Assembly: GCA_021811155.1 (NCBI GenBank)
Contig: JAJZPO010000006.1
Coordinates: forward strand, 1 to 61,860
DNA from: Bacillota bacterium
Lineage (GTDB): Bacteria; Bacillota; Desulfitobacteriia; Desulfitobacteriales; JAJXUE01
DNA length: 61,860 nt
Direction: 5' to 3'
Positions 38,366-47,863 of the stretch are shown one piece after another. A program made the translations under genes and the position numbers. The notes beneath the pieces are model-generated. The model saw only the letters and a program-made list of their open reading frames with translations, searched no databases and was not told the origin of the DNA. Within the stretch, counting starts at the first letter, position 1. The number at the start of each line of letters is the position of its first letter.

Positions 38366-39535
38366 TTACTTGTCTTTCGGCTCCAGGAGCCTCGCCCGGG
38401 TGATACTGCCTTCGCCGAACTTGTCCTTGACAGCATCGATGGCCCGGGTGAGTCTTTCCTTTTCCTCACTGCGTTCGCCAAACAAGGATAACTGGGCGTC
38501 ATCCTGGTCCGAAAGGTTGTGGAGCGAAATCCCGGCTAGCCTCACCGGGTCCCGCAGGGAAATTTCCCGCAACAAGTCACACGCCGCCTGGTAGATATCT
38601 TGATCCAGGTCGGTCAGGGCTGCCAACGTCCTGGCCCGAGTCACAGTTCGAAAATCATGGTAACGGATCTTCAGGCTTACCGTCCGGGCCTTCAAAGCTT
38701 CCTGCCGCAGCCGCCTGGCCACACTGACCGCCAGTTTCAGCAGTATAGTTTCGAGCGCCTGTCTCTCTCTGATATCTGCATCAAAAGTTATTTCCCGCCC
38801 GATTGACTTGGCCTCCCTGCCGCTTTCCACCGGCCGGTCGTCTATTCCCCTGGCCAAAAGGTAGAGCTGGCTTCCCAGGCTGCCGAATAGCCCCGCCAGA
38901 CGTTCCTCCTCCAGGCTGCGCAAATCCCTGACCGTCTTAATGTTTAACCCATGCAGGCGCTGAGCCGTCTTTATGCCCACACCCCACACCCGCTCCACCG
39001 ACAGAGGGTCGAGAAATTCCTGAACGCGGTCCGGATCTACTATTACGATGCCATTTGGCTTTCGCAAATCAGAAGCCAGTTTTGCCAGGAATTTATTGCC
39101 TGCCACCCCGACTGAGGCGGTAAGGTCCAGTTCCGCGGCAATACGTGCCTTGATCTCCCGGGCAATGGATGGGGCAGAGCCGAAAAGAAGGGTGGAACCG
39201 CTCACATCCAGGAACGCCTCGTCCAGGGAAAGAGGCTCGACGAGCGGTGTGTAACCGGTGAAAATCTTGTGGATCTGTTTGGAAACCGCCTTGTATTTGG
39301 CGCCGTCTACAGGCAGGAAAACGGCAGAAGGGCAGCGCCTGTAGGCCTCCGCCAAAGGCATGGCCGAGTGGATGCCAAACTTGCGCGCCTCATATGACGC
39401 CGTGGAAACCACCCCGCGGCTCTGGGGACTGCCTCCCACCACCACCGGCCTCCCCTTTAACTCCGGCCTGTCTCTCTGTTCAACGGCAGCGTAAAAGGCG
39501 TCCATATCCACATGAATTATCTTTCGCGTTTCCAT
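38366..39535 (-). CDS. dinB: DNA polymerase IV
   Basis: IIHVDMDAFYAAVE, SYEARKFG, SLDEAFLD, KPNG; start ATG 39535 assumed. Confidence 0.96.
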   Translation of the reverse strand: METRKIIHVDMDAFYAAVEQRDRPELKGRPVVVGGSPQSRGVVSTASYEARKFGIHSAMPLAEAYRRCPSAVFLPVDGAKYKAVSKQIHKIFTGYTPLVEPLSLDEAFLDVSGSTLLFGSAPSIAREIKARIAAELDLTASVGVAGNKFLAKLASDLRKPNGIVIVDPDRVQEFLDPLSVERVWGVGIKTAQRLHGLNIKTVRDLRSLEEERLAGLFGSLGSQLYLLARGIDDRPVESGREAKSIGREITFDADIRERQALETILLKLAVSVARRLRQEALKARTVSLKIRYHDFRTVTRARTLAALTDLDQDIYQAACDLLREISLRDPVRLAGISLHNLSDQDDAQLSLFGERSEEKERLTRAIDAVKDKFGEGSITRARLLEPKDK

Positions 39536-39563
39536 GCCAATATCCCCGGAAAGTTTAATGACA

Positions 39564-39576
39564 GTACATTCGTTCG
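39564..39576 (-). promoter_or_regulatory. Probable LexA (SOS) box upstream of dinB
   Basis: Minus strand CGAACGAATGTAC, one mismatch from Firmicute GAAC-N4-GTTC, about 30 nt upstream of dinB. Confidence 0.6.
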
Positions 39577-39661
39577 CTTTAGCCGGAAATCCTGCAAAAT
39601 ATTTGTTTAAATCCTTGCCAATCCAAAACTTTTTTAACACAATTTAGATCACGTCAAACTC

Positions 39662-39690
39662 TTGCGAAAACAAAACTCTTGTGTTATTAT
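39662..39690 (+). promoter_or_regulatory. SigmaA promoter of tRNA-Leu
   Basis: TTGCGA-N17-TATTAT with TG extension. Confidence 0.7.
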
Positions 39691-39705
39691 ATCAAAGTAT
39701 CAAAT

Positions 39706-39792
39706 GCCGAAGTGGCGGAATAGGCAGACGCGCTGGTCTCAAAAACCAGTGGTTTTACGACCGTGCCGGTTCGACCCCGGCCTTCGGCACCA
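39706..39792 (+). tRNA. tRNA-Leu (CAA)
   Basis: Acceptor GCCGAAG/CTTCGGC, anticodon arm CTGGT-CTCAAAA-ACCAG, long variable arm, GGTTCGA T loop, encoded CCA. Confidence 0.97.
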
Positions 39793-39873
39793 ACGATTTC
39801 ATGGCATTTTGTTTGACGGCTAAAAATGGTCAATACCCAACAAATGCCTAACAAAGTATTAATAGACTAATTG

Positions 39874-39901
39874 TCAGGGTGCTTCATTCGAAGCACCCTG
39901 A
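39874..39901. terminator. Terminator between tRNA-Leu and convergent ptb
   Basis: TCAGGGTGCTTC-attc-GAAGCACCCTGA perfect 12-bp stem. Confidence 0.75.
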
Positions 39902-40015
39902 TTCTTTAAATTATACTTGGAATCGCAAAGCAACCATTAGAAATCCAGTCTCGGCCTCTTTGCCTATACTTATTCTCCTTCCTCAACCCGGAGACCTACC
40001 CCATAATATGCCGAT

Positions 40016-40960
40016 TTACTTCCCCGCCAGAGACAGGTGGTTTGCCAAAGACTGACGGCTCAAAGCTGCCAGGGCCAGAGACATCAGCTTGCTGCGGGGA
40101 GTGTCGCTGCGGGAAGTCAGAACGATAGGCACCTTAGCTCCCAGGATAATTCCCGCCATAGTGGCCCCGGCGAAATAAACCAGCGATTTGGCAAAGACAT
40201 TACCCACTTCTATCGTGGGCGCCAAAAACAAATCCGCTTCACCGTTGATTTTGCTTTTGATTCCTTTCTGCTTTAGGGACTTGGCGCTGATTGCCCCGTC
40301 AAGTGCAAGCGGTCCTTCCACAACCGCGCCTGCAAACTCCCCTGCCTGATTTATCTCTGTCAGGGCCAGCGCATCCATTGCCGCCTGCATTTTTGCGTTG
40401 GGAACTTCATTGGCCGCCAGGACCGCTACATTCACTGAATTCATCCCGATCCGATGGAGAAAGTCCAAAGAGCTTTGCAGTATTTCCTTTTTCTGAGCCA
40501 AATCAGGGGCGATGTTTATGCCTCCGTCAGTGATAAACAGGAGGCGGGACAGCCCCTTCACCTCAAAAGCGCCGATATGGCTTAGCAGCCTGCCTGTTCT
40601 TAAGCCGCGTTCTGAACGCAGGACAGCCCTCAGGAAATCAGCGCTGTTCACAAGCCCTTTCATTAAGAAATGAGCCTGGCCGTCAACCACCGCATCGACA
40701 GCCGCATTGGCCGCAGCCGCCTGGTTTGGCGCATGGATGATTTGCGACTCTTTTAGCTTCAATCCACTCTCTGTTGCAATTCTTTGAATCTCTTGCATAT
40801 CCCCAAACAGTATCGGTTCAACCAGACCCTCATCCTGTGCCAGCTTTACCGCTTCCAAAACGTCTTTGTCTGCAGCAGCTGCCACGGCAACCCGTGACAG
40901 ACCTAAATTCTTTGCTGAATTCATTATTGCATCTAAGCTGGAAAACCTCATATCATGCAC
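40016..40960 (-). CDS. ptb: Phosphate butyryl/acyltransferase
   Basis: VAVAAAAD, LMKG, GPLALDGAIS, PIVLTSRSD; adjacent to buk. Confidence 0.9.
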   Translation of the reverse strand: MHDMRFSSLDAIMNSAKNLGLSRVAVAAAADKDVLEAVKLAQDEGLVEPILFGDMQEIQRIATESGLKLKESQIIHAPNQAAAANAAVDAVVDGQAHFLMKGLVNSADFLRAVLRSERGLRTGRLLSHIGAFEVKGLSRLLFITDGGINIAPDLAQKKEILQSSLDFLHRIGMNSVNVAVLAANEVPNAKMQAAMDALALTEINQAGEFAGAVVEGPLALDGAISAKSLKQKGIKSKINGEADLFLAPTIEVGNVFAKSLVYFAGATMAGIILGAKVPIVLTSRSDTPRSKLMSLALAALSRQSLANHLSLAGK

Positions 40961-40972
40961 TCCATTTCGCGG

Positions 40973-42046
40973 TTAAACACTGTACCTCAACGCTTCTTCT
41001 TCCTGCCGCAGGACCCTAAGGGCACCAAAAGCAAGTGATTCCATTTCCTTTTCACCGGGCACCATCGCCACCGGGGCGATAAAGGACACCCGTTTTATGA
41101 TTTCTCCTGTTATAAACTCAGAATGCGCCAGACCGCCGGTAAGAACGATCTTGTCCACTTCCCCGCACAGAACCGTGGACATCGCTCCGATTTCCTTGGC
41201 AACCTGATAGCACATAGCTTCCAACACCAGTTTGGCTTCCCGGTCCCCTTCCCGCATCCGCCTTTCGGCTTCGCGGCCGTCTTTTGTACCCAGATAGGCA
41301 AACATGCCGCCTTCCCTGAGGATTTTCGTCAGGACTTCCTGCTCGGAATATTGACCTGAAAAACACATTTTCACCAGTTGGGCAACCGGTAGGGCGCCGG
41401 CGCGCTCAACGGAAAACGGCCCTTCGTTATTGGCGTTATTAACATCAATCATTTTGCCCCTGCGGTGGGGAGCCACTGAAATACCGCCGCCCAAGTGGGC
41501 GATAATCAGGTTTACCTCGTGGTAGGCTTTGCCCAGTTGACGGGCAACCTTGCGCGCCACCGCTTTCATATTCAAAGCATGGCTCTGGCTTAAGCGGGGC
41601 AATGCCGGCAGCCCGGAAAGACGGGCGGCCGGCTCCATTTCATCCACTGATACTGGATCCACGATATAAGCCGGTACATTGACCTGGCCGCCGAGATGAA
41701 AGGCAATAATTCCCCCCAGGTTTGAGGCATGCTCCCCGCCGGGCGCGTGCCGGAGTTCCTGGACAAGATCTTTGTCCACCAGGTATGTGCCGCCGGTGAG
41801 CGGCTTTAGAAGCCCGCCCCTGCCGACAATCGCACTGAATTCTCCTAATGCGCTGCCCTTTTGGGCAAGCGTGTTCAGGATCGCGTCGATGCGGTATTGG
41901 TATTGGTCGCTGACTCTGGCAAACGCTTTTATAGCCTGAGCCGGATGATCAATCACCTGATTCCACAGACAGGTCTCATCCTCGTAGGCCGCAATCTTAG
42001 TGGATGTTGAGCCGGGATTAACGGCCAGTATTTTCATATCTGTCAC
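40973..42046 (-). CDS. buk: Butyrate kinase family acyl kinase
   Basis: NPGSTSTK, GRGGLL, HASNLG, DPVSVDE, HLGGGIS. Confidence 0.95.
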   Translation of the reverse strand: MTDMKILAVNPGSTSTKIAAYEDETCLWNQVIDHPAQAIKAFARVSDQYQYRIDAILNTLAQKGSALGEFSAIVGRGGLLKPLTGGTYLVDKDLVQELRHAPGGEHASNLGGIIAFHLGGQVNVPAYIVDPVSVDEMEPAARLSGLPALPRLSQSHALNMKAVARKVARQLGKAYHEVNLIIAHLGGGISVAPHRRGKMIDVNNANNEGPFSVERAGALPVAQLVKMCFSGQYSEQEVLTKILREGGMFAYLGTKDGREAERRMREGDREAKLVLEAMCYQVAKEIGAMSTVLCGEVDKIVLTGGLAHSEFITGEIIKRVSFIAPVAMVPGEKEMESLAFGALRVLRQEEEALRYSV

Positions 42047-42084
42047 TCCCGATCTACCTGCTGAGCCGGTCCCGCAGCTTGCGG

Positions 42085-43185
42085 TTATTTTCCTCTAAAC
42101 TTGCGGCTCAGGCGGCCGATGGTTTCAATCCGCCTGTCGATCATCAGGTCTGCCGCTTTGTAGGTTGGGATGTTGTCTTTTTTCGCAATCTCAAAGATTT
42201 GAAGCATAATATCGTAGATCAGGCTGGCATTTTTAAAGGCCCGCTCTTTGTTATAACCTTGCAGCTCATCTGCGACTTGAATCAGGCCGCCTGCATTACC
42301 CACATAATCCGGCGCGTAAAGAATGCCTTTTTCATGCAAGACGTCACCATGACGAGGTTGCGCCAGCACATTGTTGGCAGCCCCGCAAATCGCCCTGCAT
42401 TTGAATTGGGGAATGGTTTCATCATTGATGCAGGCCCCCAAGGCATTGGGAGAGAAGATATCGCATTCAACCCCGAAAATTTCCTCAGGCGCTACCACCT
42501 CAATGTCTGGATACTCTGATTTCACCCGGCGAACGCTGTCTTCATTCACATCGGTGACAATCAGTTTGACACCTTCAGCGTGGAGACGCCCAACCAAGTC
42601 AGAGCCCACTTTGCCAAGGCCTTGCACGGCAATAGTCAATCCAGCCAGGTAATCACGGCCAAAGGCTTCTTTGGCCGTGGCTTTTATGGCCTGAAGAGCC
42701 CCAAAAGCCGTAATAATGGCTGAGTTGCCGCTGCCGCCGTATTCTTCCGGCAGGCCCACCAGATACTTGGACTGTTTAGTCGCAGAGACAAAGTCCATCC
42801 CTACCGTCCCCACGTCAGTTCCCGTATAATACCTGCCCTTTAAGGTCTCCACAAAGGTTCCCAGTGCCTGGAATAATTCGTCCGATTTATCTGTTTTGGG
42901 ATCGCCGATAATTACTGTTTTCCCTCCGCCGTGGGTAACTCCGGCCACCGCGCACTTGTAGGTCATGCCGCGGGAAAGACGCAGCGCATCCGTCAGAGCC
43001 GCCTGCTCATTTTCATATGGCCACATGCGGCAGCCCCCTAAGGCAGGCCCAAGGGTCGTGTCGTGAATCGCAATAATCGCTTTCAGCCCGGTCGTCTTGT
43101 CATAGTTGAAGATTACCTGCTCATGCCCATATTGGGCCATCTGCTCAAAAATACTTTGAAAAACCTGTTCTTTTTCGTTAGACAT
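42085..43185 (-). CDS. Glu/Leu/Phe/Val dehydrogenase, phenylalanine-dehydrogenase-like
   Basis: IHDTTLGPALGGCRM, GMTYKCA, GGGK, GRYYTGTDVGT, QGLGKVG, GAANN; ATG 43185 after AGGGAGG. Confidence 0.9.
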   Translation of the reverse strand: MSNEKEQVFQSIFEQMAQYGHEQVIFNYDKTTGLKAIIAIHDTTLGPALGGCRMWPYENEQAALTDALRLSRGMTYKCAVAGVTHGGGKTVIIGDPKTDKSDELFQALGTFVETLKGRYYTGTDVGTVGMDFVSATKQSKYLVGLPEEYGGSGNSAIITAFGALQAIKATAKEAFGRDYLAGLTIAVQGLGKVGSDLVGRLHAEGVKLIVTDVNEDSVRRVKSEYPDIEVVAPEEIFGVECDIFSPNALGACINDETIPQFKCRAICGAANNVLAQPRHGDVLHEKGILYAPDYVGNAGGLIQVADELQGYNKERAFKNASLIYDIMLQIFEIAKKDNIPTYKAADLMIDRRIETIGRLSRKFRGK

Positions 43186-43303
43186 CCCTTGTTCCTCCCT
43201 CAATTTAAACTGGAATTGGTCGGCTTGCGGCATTGGAGCACACACCTTTTTTCAGGTCCTAATCTCTAACCGATACTTCCGGGGGAATTATCGGTTTTAT
43301 TTG

Positions 43304-43320
43304 TGCAATTTTGATGCCAA
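43304..43320 (-). promoter_or_regulatory. Sigma54 -24/-12 promoter of the dehydrogenase-buk-ptb operon
   Basis: Minus strand TTGGCATCAAAATTGCA (GG-N10-GC). Confidence 0.88.
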
Positions 43321-43380
43321 GCGCCATTAAGTGAATTATGATGAATACAATGCTAATTTTCGTTTTTCGGAAAACAATAA

Positions 43381-43419
43381 TGCCAACTTTTCCTGGCATG
43401 CCGCCAAAAAAAGTTGGCA
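43381..43419. promoter_or_regulatory. Two 18-bp palindromic activator boxes (TGCCAA-N6-TTGGCA)
   Basis: TGCCAActtttcCTGGCA (43381-43398) and CGCCAAaaaaagTTGGCA (43402-43419), 21 bp apart, upstream of the sigma54 promoter. Confidence 0.7.
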
Positions 43420-43445
43420 CCGTTGATAAAATATCTTATCAGCGC

Positions 43446-45164
43446 TTAGCTTGAGGTTTCAATCGTGTTGCGCTCTAAATCGATGCCGTAGGCGTTTATT
43501 TTATTGAGAATTGTTGTCCCGGAGACACCTAACATTTTTCCGGCTTTGCGTGAAGATGGGTATTTTTGCAAAACCGAGAGCAAAATTTGCTTTTCGACAT
43601 CCCTGACAAGAGTCTTTAGTTGGGGTAATTGCTTGCCGAGCGGAATCTCCACGTAAATAACGTCACTATCGCCCTGAGCAGACTTCTTGGCTGCGGTTGG
43701 AGCATGAGCGTTCAGGGCGGCTTTTGCCGGAACCAAGGCAAACCGCTCTGCGGCGGAAAAACTGCTTTCATCAACATAATCCGGATCCAAAGGGTGAATA
43801 TTTGCCCATTCATAAAAATCGTCTGGTCTAATCTGATTGATGTCTATGACGTTGATAACCCTTTCTAATAGGTTCTCCAACTGTCTCACATTGCCTCGCC
43901 AATTTTCCCGCATCAGAAATTCCAAGGTTTCTTGCGTCAGGCAAATTTCCGGCCTATTTAACTTTGAGCAGATTTTACGGACAAGGTGTTGAGCAATCAG
44001 TGGAATATCTTCAACTCTTTCCCGCAAGGGCGGAATTCTCAACGGAATAACATTCAGGCGATAATAAAGGTCCTCCCGGAATTGTTCTTTGCGAATCATT
44101 TCTTCCAAATTCCGGTGAGTAGCGGCTATGATTCTTACATCCAATGAGATTTCCTTTGTTCCGCCAACCCGCCGCACCGTGCTTTCTTGCAAAACGCGCA
44201 GCAGCCGGACTTGTACCTGGGGGGAAATTTCTCCAATCTCATCGAGAAACAATGTCCCGCCGTGCGCCTGTTCAAACAGCCCTTTCTTGCCGCCTTTGAG
44301 AGCCCCGGTAAAAGCGCCGTCTTCATACCCAAACAGTTCGCTTTCCAGCAGCGAATCCGGCAAAGCTGCACAATTTATGGCAATAAACGGAGCGTCCGCT
44401 CTATTGCTTTCCATGTGGATGGCCCGCGCAAAAAGTTCTTTTCCCGTACCGCTTTCACCCCGCAGCAGGACAGTGGACTTGCTCATGGCTACGGTTTTGG
44501 CTGTTTCCACAACCTTTTTCATTTTAGCGCTCTGGTAAATAATATCTTCAAATGTCGTTAAATGCTTCCGGCCTACTTTGGAAATCATCTCTTCAACATG
44601 CCGGTAGTTCTGAATCGTGCCGACCCCGCCGATAACTTCCCCTTTTTCATTGAGGATAGGTACTCCGCTTGTGATAAAATGAATATCACCTTGCTCTGTT
44701 TTCATCTTTATTTCTTGATGGGTGTAAGGTAAACCGGTTTCAATTGTATTCTGTAAAGGCGTTTTAATAGTCAGAATATCATCCAGCTTCTTGCCGATCA
44801 CTTCGTGGCGCGAACAATGAAAAATCAAACATGCTACCCGGTTGATATGGGTTATCCTGCCTTCACTGTCAACCGCCACAATGCCTTCGTTGACCGAGTT
44901 CAGCACCGTACGCAGCTCATGCTCACGTTGTTCGCACTCTAAATGCTGCCTGATGTTGACTTCCGTAACTCCTTTAATTTCTTTCAATGAATCAATTAAA
45001 TCTTTAACCTTCTCCATCCCCGGCGATTCCAGTTTGATCATCATGCCGAAATCCGCCGTGGCTTCCATGGCTAATAAGTTCAACTTCTTATTTTTTACAA
45101 CTTCAAAAATTTCATAACCAAGTCCAAAACGGTCGACAAATTTAATCTCTACCACATATTCCAT
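43446..45164 (-). CDS. Sigma54-dependent activator, TyrR/PhhR-like (ACT-PAS-AAA-HTH)
   Basis: GESGTGKE, intact GAFTGA, FLDEIGE, FREDLYYRL; N-terminal ACT-like and PAS; HTH YPSSRKAGKMLGVS. Confidence 0.92.
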   Translation of the reverse strand: MEYVVEIKFVDRFGLGYEIFEVVKNKKLNLLAMEATADFGMMIKLESPGMEKVKDLIDSLKEIKGVTEVNIRQHLECEQREHELRTVLNSVNEGIVAVDSEGRITHINRVACLIFHCSRHEVIGKKLDDILTIKTPLQNTIETGLPYTHQEIKMKTEQGDIHFITSGVPILNEKGEVIGGVGTIQNYRHVEEMISKVGRKHLTTFEDIIYQSAKMKKVVETAKTVAMSKSTVLLRGESGTGKELFARAIHMESNRADAPFIAINCAALPDSLLESELFGYEDGAFTGALKGGKKGLFEQAHGGTLFLDEIGEISPQVQVRLLRVLQESTVRRVGGTKEISLDVRIIAATHRNLEEMIRKEQFREDLYYRLNVIPLRIPPLRERVEDIPLIAQHLVRKICSKLNRPEICLTQETLEFLMRENWRGNVRQLENLLERVINVIDINQIRPDDFYEWANIHPLDPDYVDESSFSAAERFALVPAKAALNAHAPTAAKKSAQGDSDVIYVEIPLGKQLPQLKTLVRDVEKQILLSVLQKYPSSRKAGKMLGVSGTTILNKINAYGIDLERNTIETSS

Positions 45165-45401
45165 AAGTAATTCCCCTCCTCTCCATTGCGGCATCTCTAT
45201 TGTTCATTATAACATGATTTATTTTGCATAAATTCTGTAGAGTTTTTCCATAAAGACTCAAAATCCGACTGCCCCTAATGACCTAAAATTGGCGTTTTTC
45301 ATCTTCAGGGGTGAAAGGTCATGGTCGTTTCCTGAGGTACAAAAAAGAGAAGCCGGTGAGGAGGTTTTTCCCCGGCTTCCCAAGAGATCGTTATCAGCGT
45401 T

Positions 45402-46112
45402 TTAACCGCCCAGATAAGCTTTGCGGATTTCTTCGCTTTCCGCCATTTCTTTGGCAGGACCGCTAAGGACAATATTGCCTGTTTCCAGCACATAGGCCCG
45501 GTGTGCCACTGACAGCGCCATATGGGCGTTTTGCTCTACCAAAAGGATGGTAGTGCCGCTCTGGTTTATTTCTTTGATGATGTTGAAAATTTGCTTGACC
45601 AAGATCGGCGCCAGGCCCATGGATGGCTCGTCCAGCAGCATTATCTCCGGTTTGGACATCAATCCCCTGGCAGTGGCCAGCATCTGCTGCTCCCCGCCGG
45701 ACAAGGTGCCGGCCATTTGGCTTTTTCTTTCGAGCAGCCGCGGAAAAAGCTCAAAGCAGCGGTCCAAATCCTTTTTAATGCCGTCTTTGTCCTTGCGCAT
45801 AAAGGCGCCCAGTTCGAGGTTTTCATAAACGGTCATGTTGGCAAACACCCTGCGGCCCTCCGGCACCTGAGAAATTCCCAGGCCCACTATCTTCTGGGCC
45901 GGGGCCCCGGCAATATTCTGCCCTTTGAACTCGATTTTGCCGGTTTTGGGTTTCAGCAGACCGGAAATAGTCTTGAGGGTCGTGCTTTTGCCTGCACCGT
46001 TGGCGCCAATCAAGGTGACGATTTCTCCCTGGCTTACCTCGAGGGAAATTCCTTTAAGTGCGTGAATCGCTCCGTAATAAACATCGATGTTTTCGATTTT
46101 GAGCAGCATCAA
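45402..46112 (-). CDS. livF: Branched-chain amino acid ABC ATPase
   Basis: GANGAGKS, VPEGRRVF, LSGGEQQM, DEPSMGLAP. Confidence 0.93.
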   Translation of the reverse strand: MMLLKIENIDVYYGAIHALKGISLEVSQGEIVTLIGANGAGKSTTLKTISGLLKPKTGKIEFKGQNIAGAPAQKIVGLGISQVPEGRRVFANMTVYENLELGAFMRKDKDGIKKDLDRCFELFPRLLERKSQMAGTLSGGEQQMLATARGLMSKPEIMLLDEPSMGLAPILVKQIFNIIKEINQSGTTILLVEQNAHMALSVAHRAYVLETGNIVLSGPAKEMAESEEIRKAYLGG

Positions 46113-46876
46113 TGAACCTCCTCTCCCAGGTAAGCTTCGATGACCTTGGGATTGCTCTTGATCTCGGCCGGGTTGCCGGCAGCAATAACCAACCCGTAGT
46201 CCAGAACGTAAATGCGCTCGCAGACCCCCATGACCAAGGACATGTCATGCTCAATGAGCAGAATTGTCAAATCAAACTCCTTGCGAATCCAGCCGATTAG
46301 CTCCATCAATTCCTTGGTCTCCTGCGGATTCATCCCGGCAGCCGGTTCATCCAGCAGCAGGAGTTTCGGCTTTGCCGCCAAGGCTCTGGCAATCTCCAAA
46401 CGCCGCTGTTCGCCGTATGGAAGGTTCTTGGCTATCTCGTTCCGTTTATGGTCCAGTTTAAATATTTTCAGGAGTTCCAGGGCGTTCTGTTCAAATTCCC
46501 GTTCCCCTTTGTAATATCCCGGCAGGCGGAGCAAGGCGGAAAATACTCCGTAAGAGGCGTGCTGGTGGTAGGCGATTTTGACGTTATCGCTAACCGTCAG
46601 GTCGGCAAACAAACGAATATTCTGGAAGGTCCGGGCCATACCCCGCTGGGTGACCTGGTAGGGCTTTAAACCCGCGATACTTTTGTCCTGAAACACAATC
46701 TTGCCTTCTGACGGTTCATATACACTGGTTAACAAGTTGAATATGGTGGTCTTTCCGGCTCCATTGGGTCCGATCAGGCCGACAAGCTCACCCTTGTCCA
46801 AATGAATATCCACATCCGCGACAGCCTTTAGACCGCCAAAGGCCTTGGACAGTTTCTCTGTCTTAAGCATCTCCAT
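46109..46876 (-). CDS. livG: Branched-chain amino acid ABC ATPase
   Basis: FGGLKAV, GPNGAGKT, LPYGEQRR, DEPAAGMN. Confidence 0.93.
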   Translation of the reverse strand: MEMLKTEKLSKAFGGLKAVADVDIHLDKGELVGLIGPNGAGKTTIFNLLTSVYEPSEGKIVFQDKSIAGLKPYQVTQRGMARTFQNIRLFADLTVSDNVKIAYHQHASYGVFSALLRLPGYYKGEREFEQNALELLKIFKLDHKRNEIAKNLPYGEQRRLEIARALAAKPKLLLLDEPAAGMNPQETKELMELIGWIRKEFDLTILLIEHDMSLVMGVCERIYVLDYGLVIAAGNPAEIKSNPKVIEAYLGEEVH

Positions 46877-47852
46877 TGCGTCCATCCTTCCTTCCTAGGA
46901 AATTAAGGCTGAATTCCTTATTCCCCAACAACCCCTTGGGACGGAAGAGCATCATTGCCACCAGCAGAATGGCGGTAATAACGAGACGCCACTGGGGATA
47001 ATCGGCCAGCAGAGCTGAAATGGAAGTCATCACCACTGCCCCTACCACGGAACCTGTGATGCTTCCCATGCCGCCGAGAACCACCATGACCAAAATATCA
47101 AAAGACTTCAGGAAGCCAAATGTCGAGGGTTGAATGATATACATATAGTTGGCGTATAAAGCTCCGGCAGCGCCGGCAAAGAAGGCCCCGATGGAAAAAG
47201 CCAGCACTTTGTAACGAGTGGTGTTGACACCCATAGCCTCGGCTGCGATTTCATTTTCCCTGACCGAGATGCAGGCCCTGCCGTGAGTCGACCTGACAAA
47301 GTTGTGAATCAGCGCAACACTAATCACCGTGACAAAGAAAAACCAGGGCCAGGTGGCAATGCGCGGCAGGGTGAGGCCGGCAGCGCTGCCCAGATAATCG
47401 GAGTTTAAGAACACGATCCTGACGATTTCGCCAAAACCCAGGGTGGCGATGGCGAGGTAATCACCTCTCAGGCGCAGGGTAGGCAGGCCGATCAAAAATC
47501 CGGCAATGCCCGCAACCAAGGCGCCGAAAATCAGTCCCAGGAGCAATAATACCGGTTTCGGGTCGTGCAGCGGAATATAGGGGATAATTTTTGGGGCCAG
47601 TTTGGCGGTGATAATTGCGGACATAAAGGCGCCCACCGACATAAATCCGGCATGGCCGATGGAAAACTGGCCGGTAAAACCGTTGATCAGGTTCAGACTG
47701 ACGGCCATAATGACATACACACAGATTAACATCAGATTTAACGTTACAAAAGGCGGCATAATATCCTGGCTGATGGTAAACTGAATCACCGCGTAGAAGG
47801 CCAGGACCGCCACGAGAATGATGCCGTTTTTGAACGAAAACAATTTTTGCAT
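46863..47852 (-). CDS. livM: Branched-chain amino acid ABC permease
   Basis: GQFSIGHAGF, LRLRGDYLAIATLGFGE, VVLGGMGS. Confidence 0.93.
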   Translation of the reverse strand: MQKLFSFKNGIILVAVLAFYAVIQFTISQDIMPPFVTLNLMLICVYVIMAVSLNLINGFTGQFSIGHAGFMSVGAFMSAIITAKLAPKIIPYIPLHDPKPVLLLLGLIFGALVAGIAGFLIGLPTLRLRGDYLAIATLGFGEIVRIVFLNSDYLGSAAGLTLPRIATWPWFFFVTVISVALIHNFVRSTHGRACISVRENEIAAEAMGVNTTRYKVLAFSIGAFFAGAAGALYANYMYIIQPSTFGFLKSFDILVMVVLGGMGSITGSVVGAVVMTSISALLADYPQWRLVITAILLVAMMLFRPKGLLGNKEFSLNFLGRKDGRNGDA

Positions 47853-47863
47853 GCCCTTCCCCC

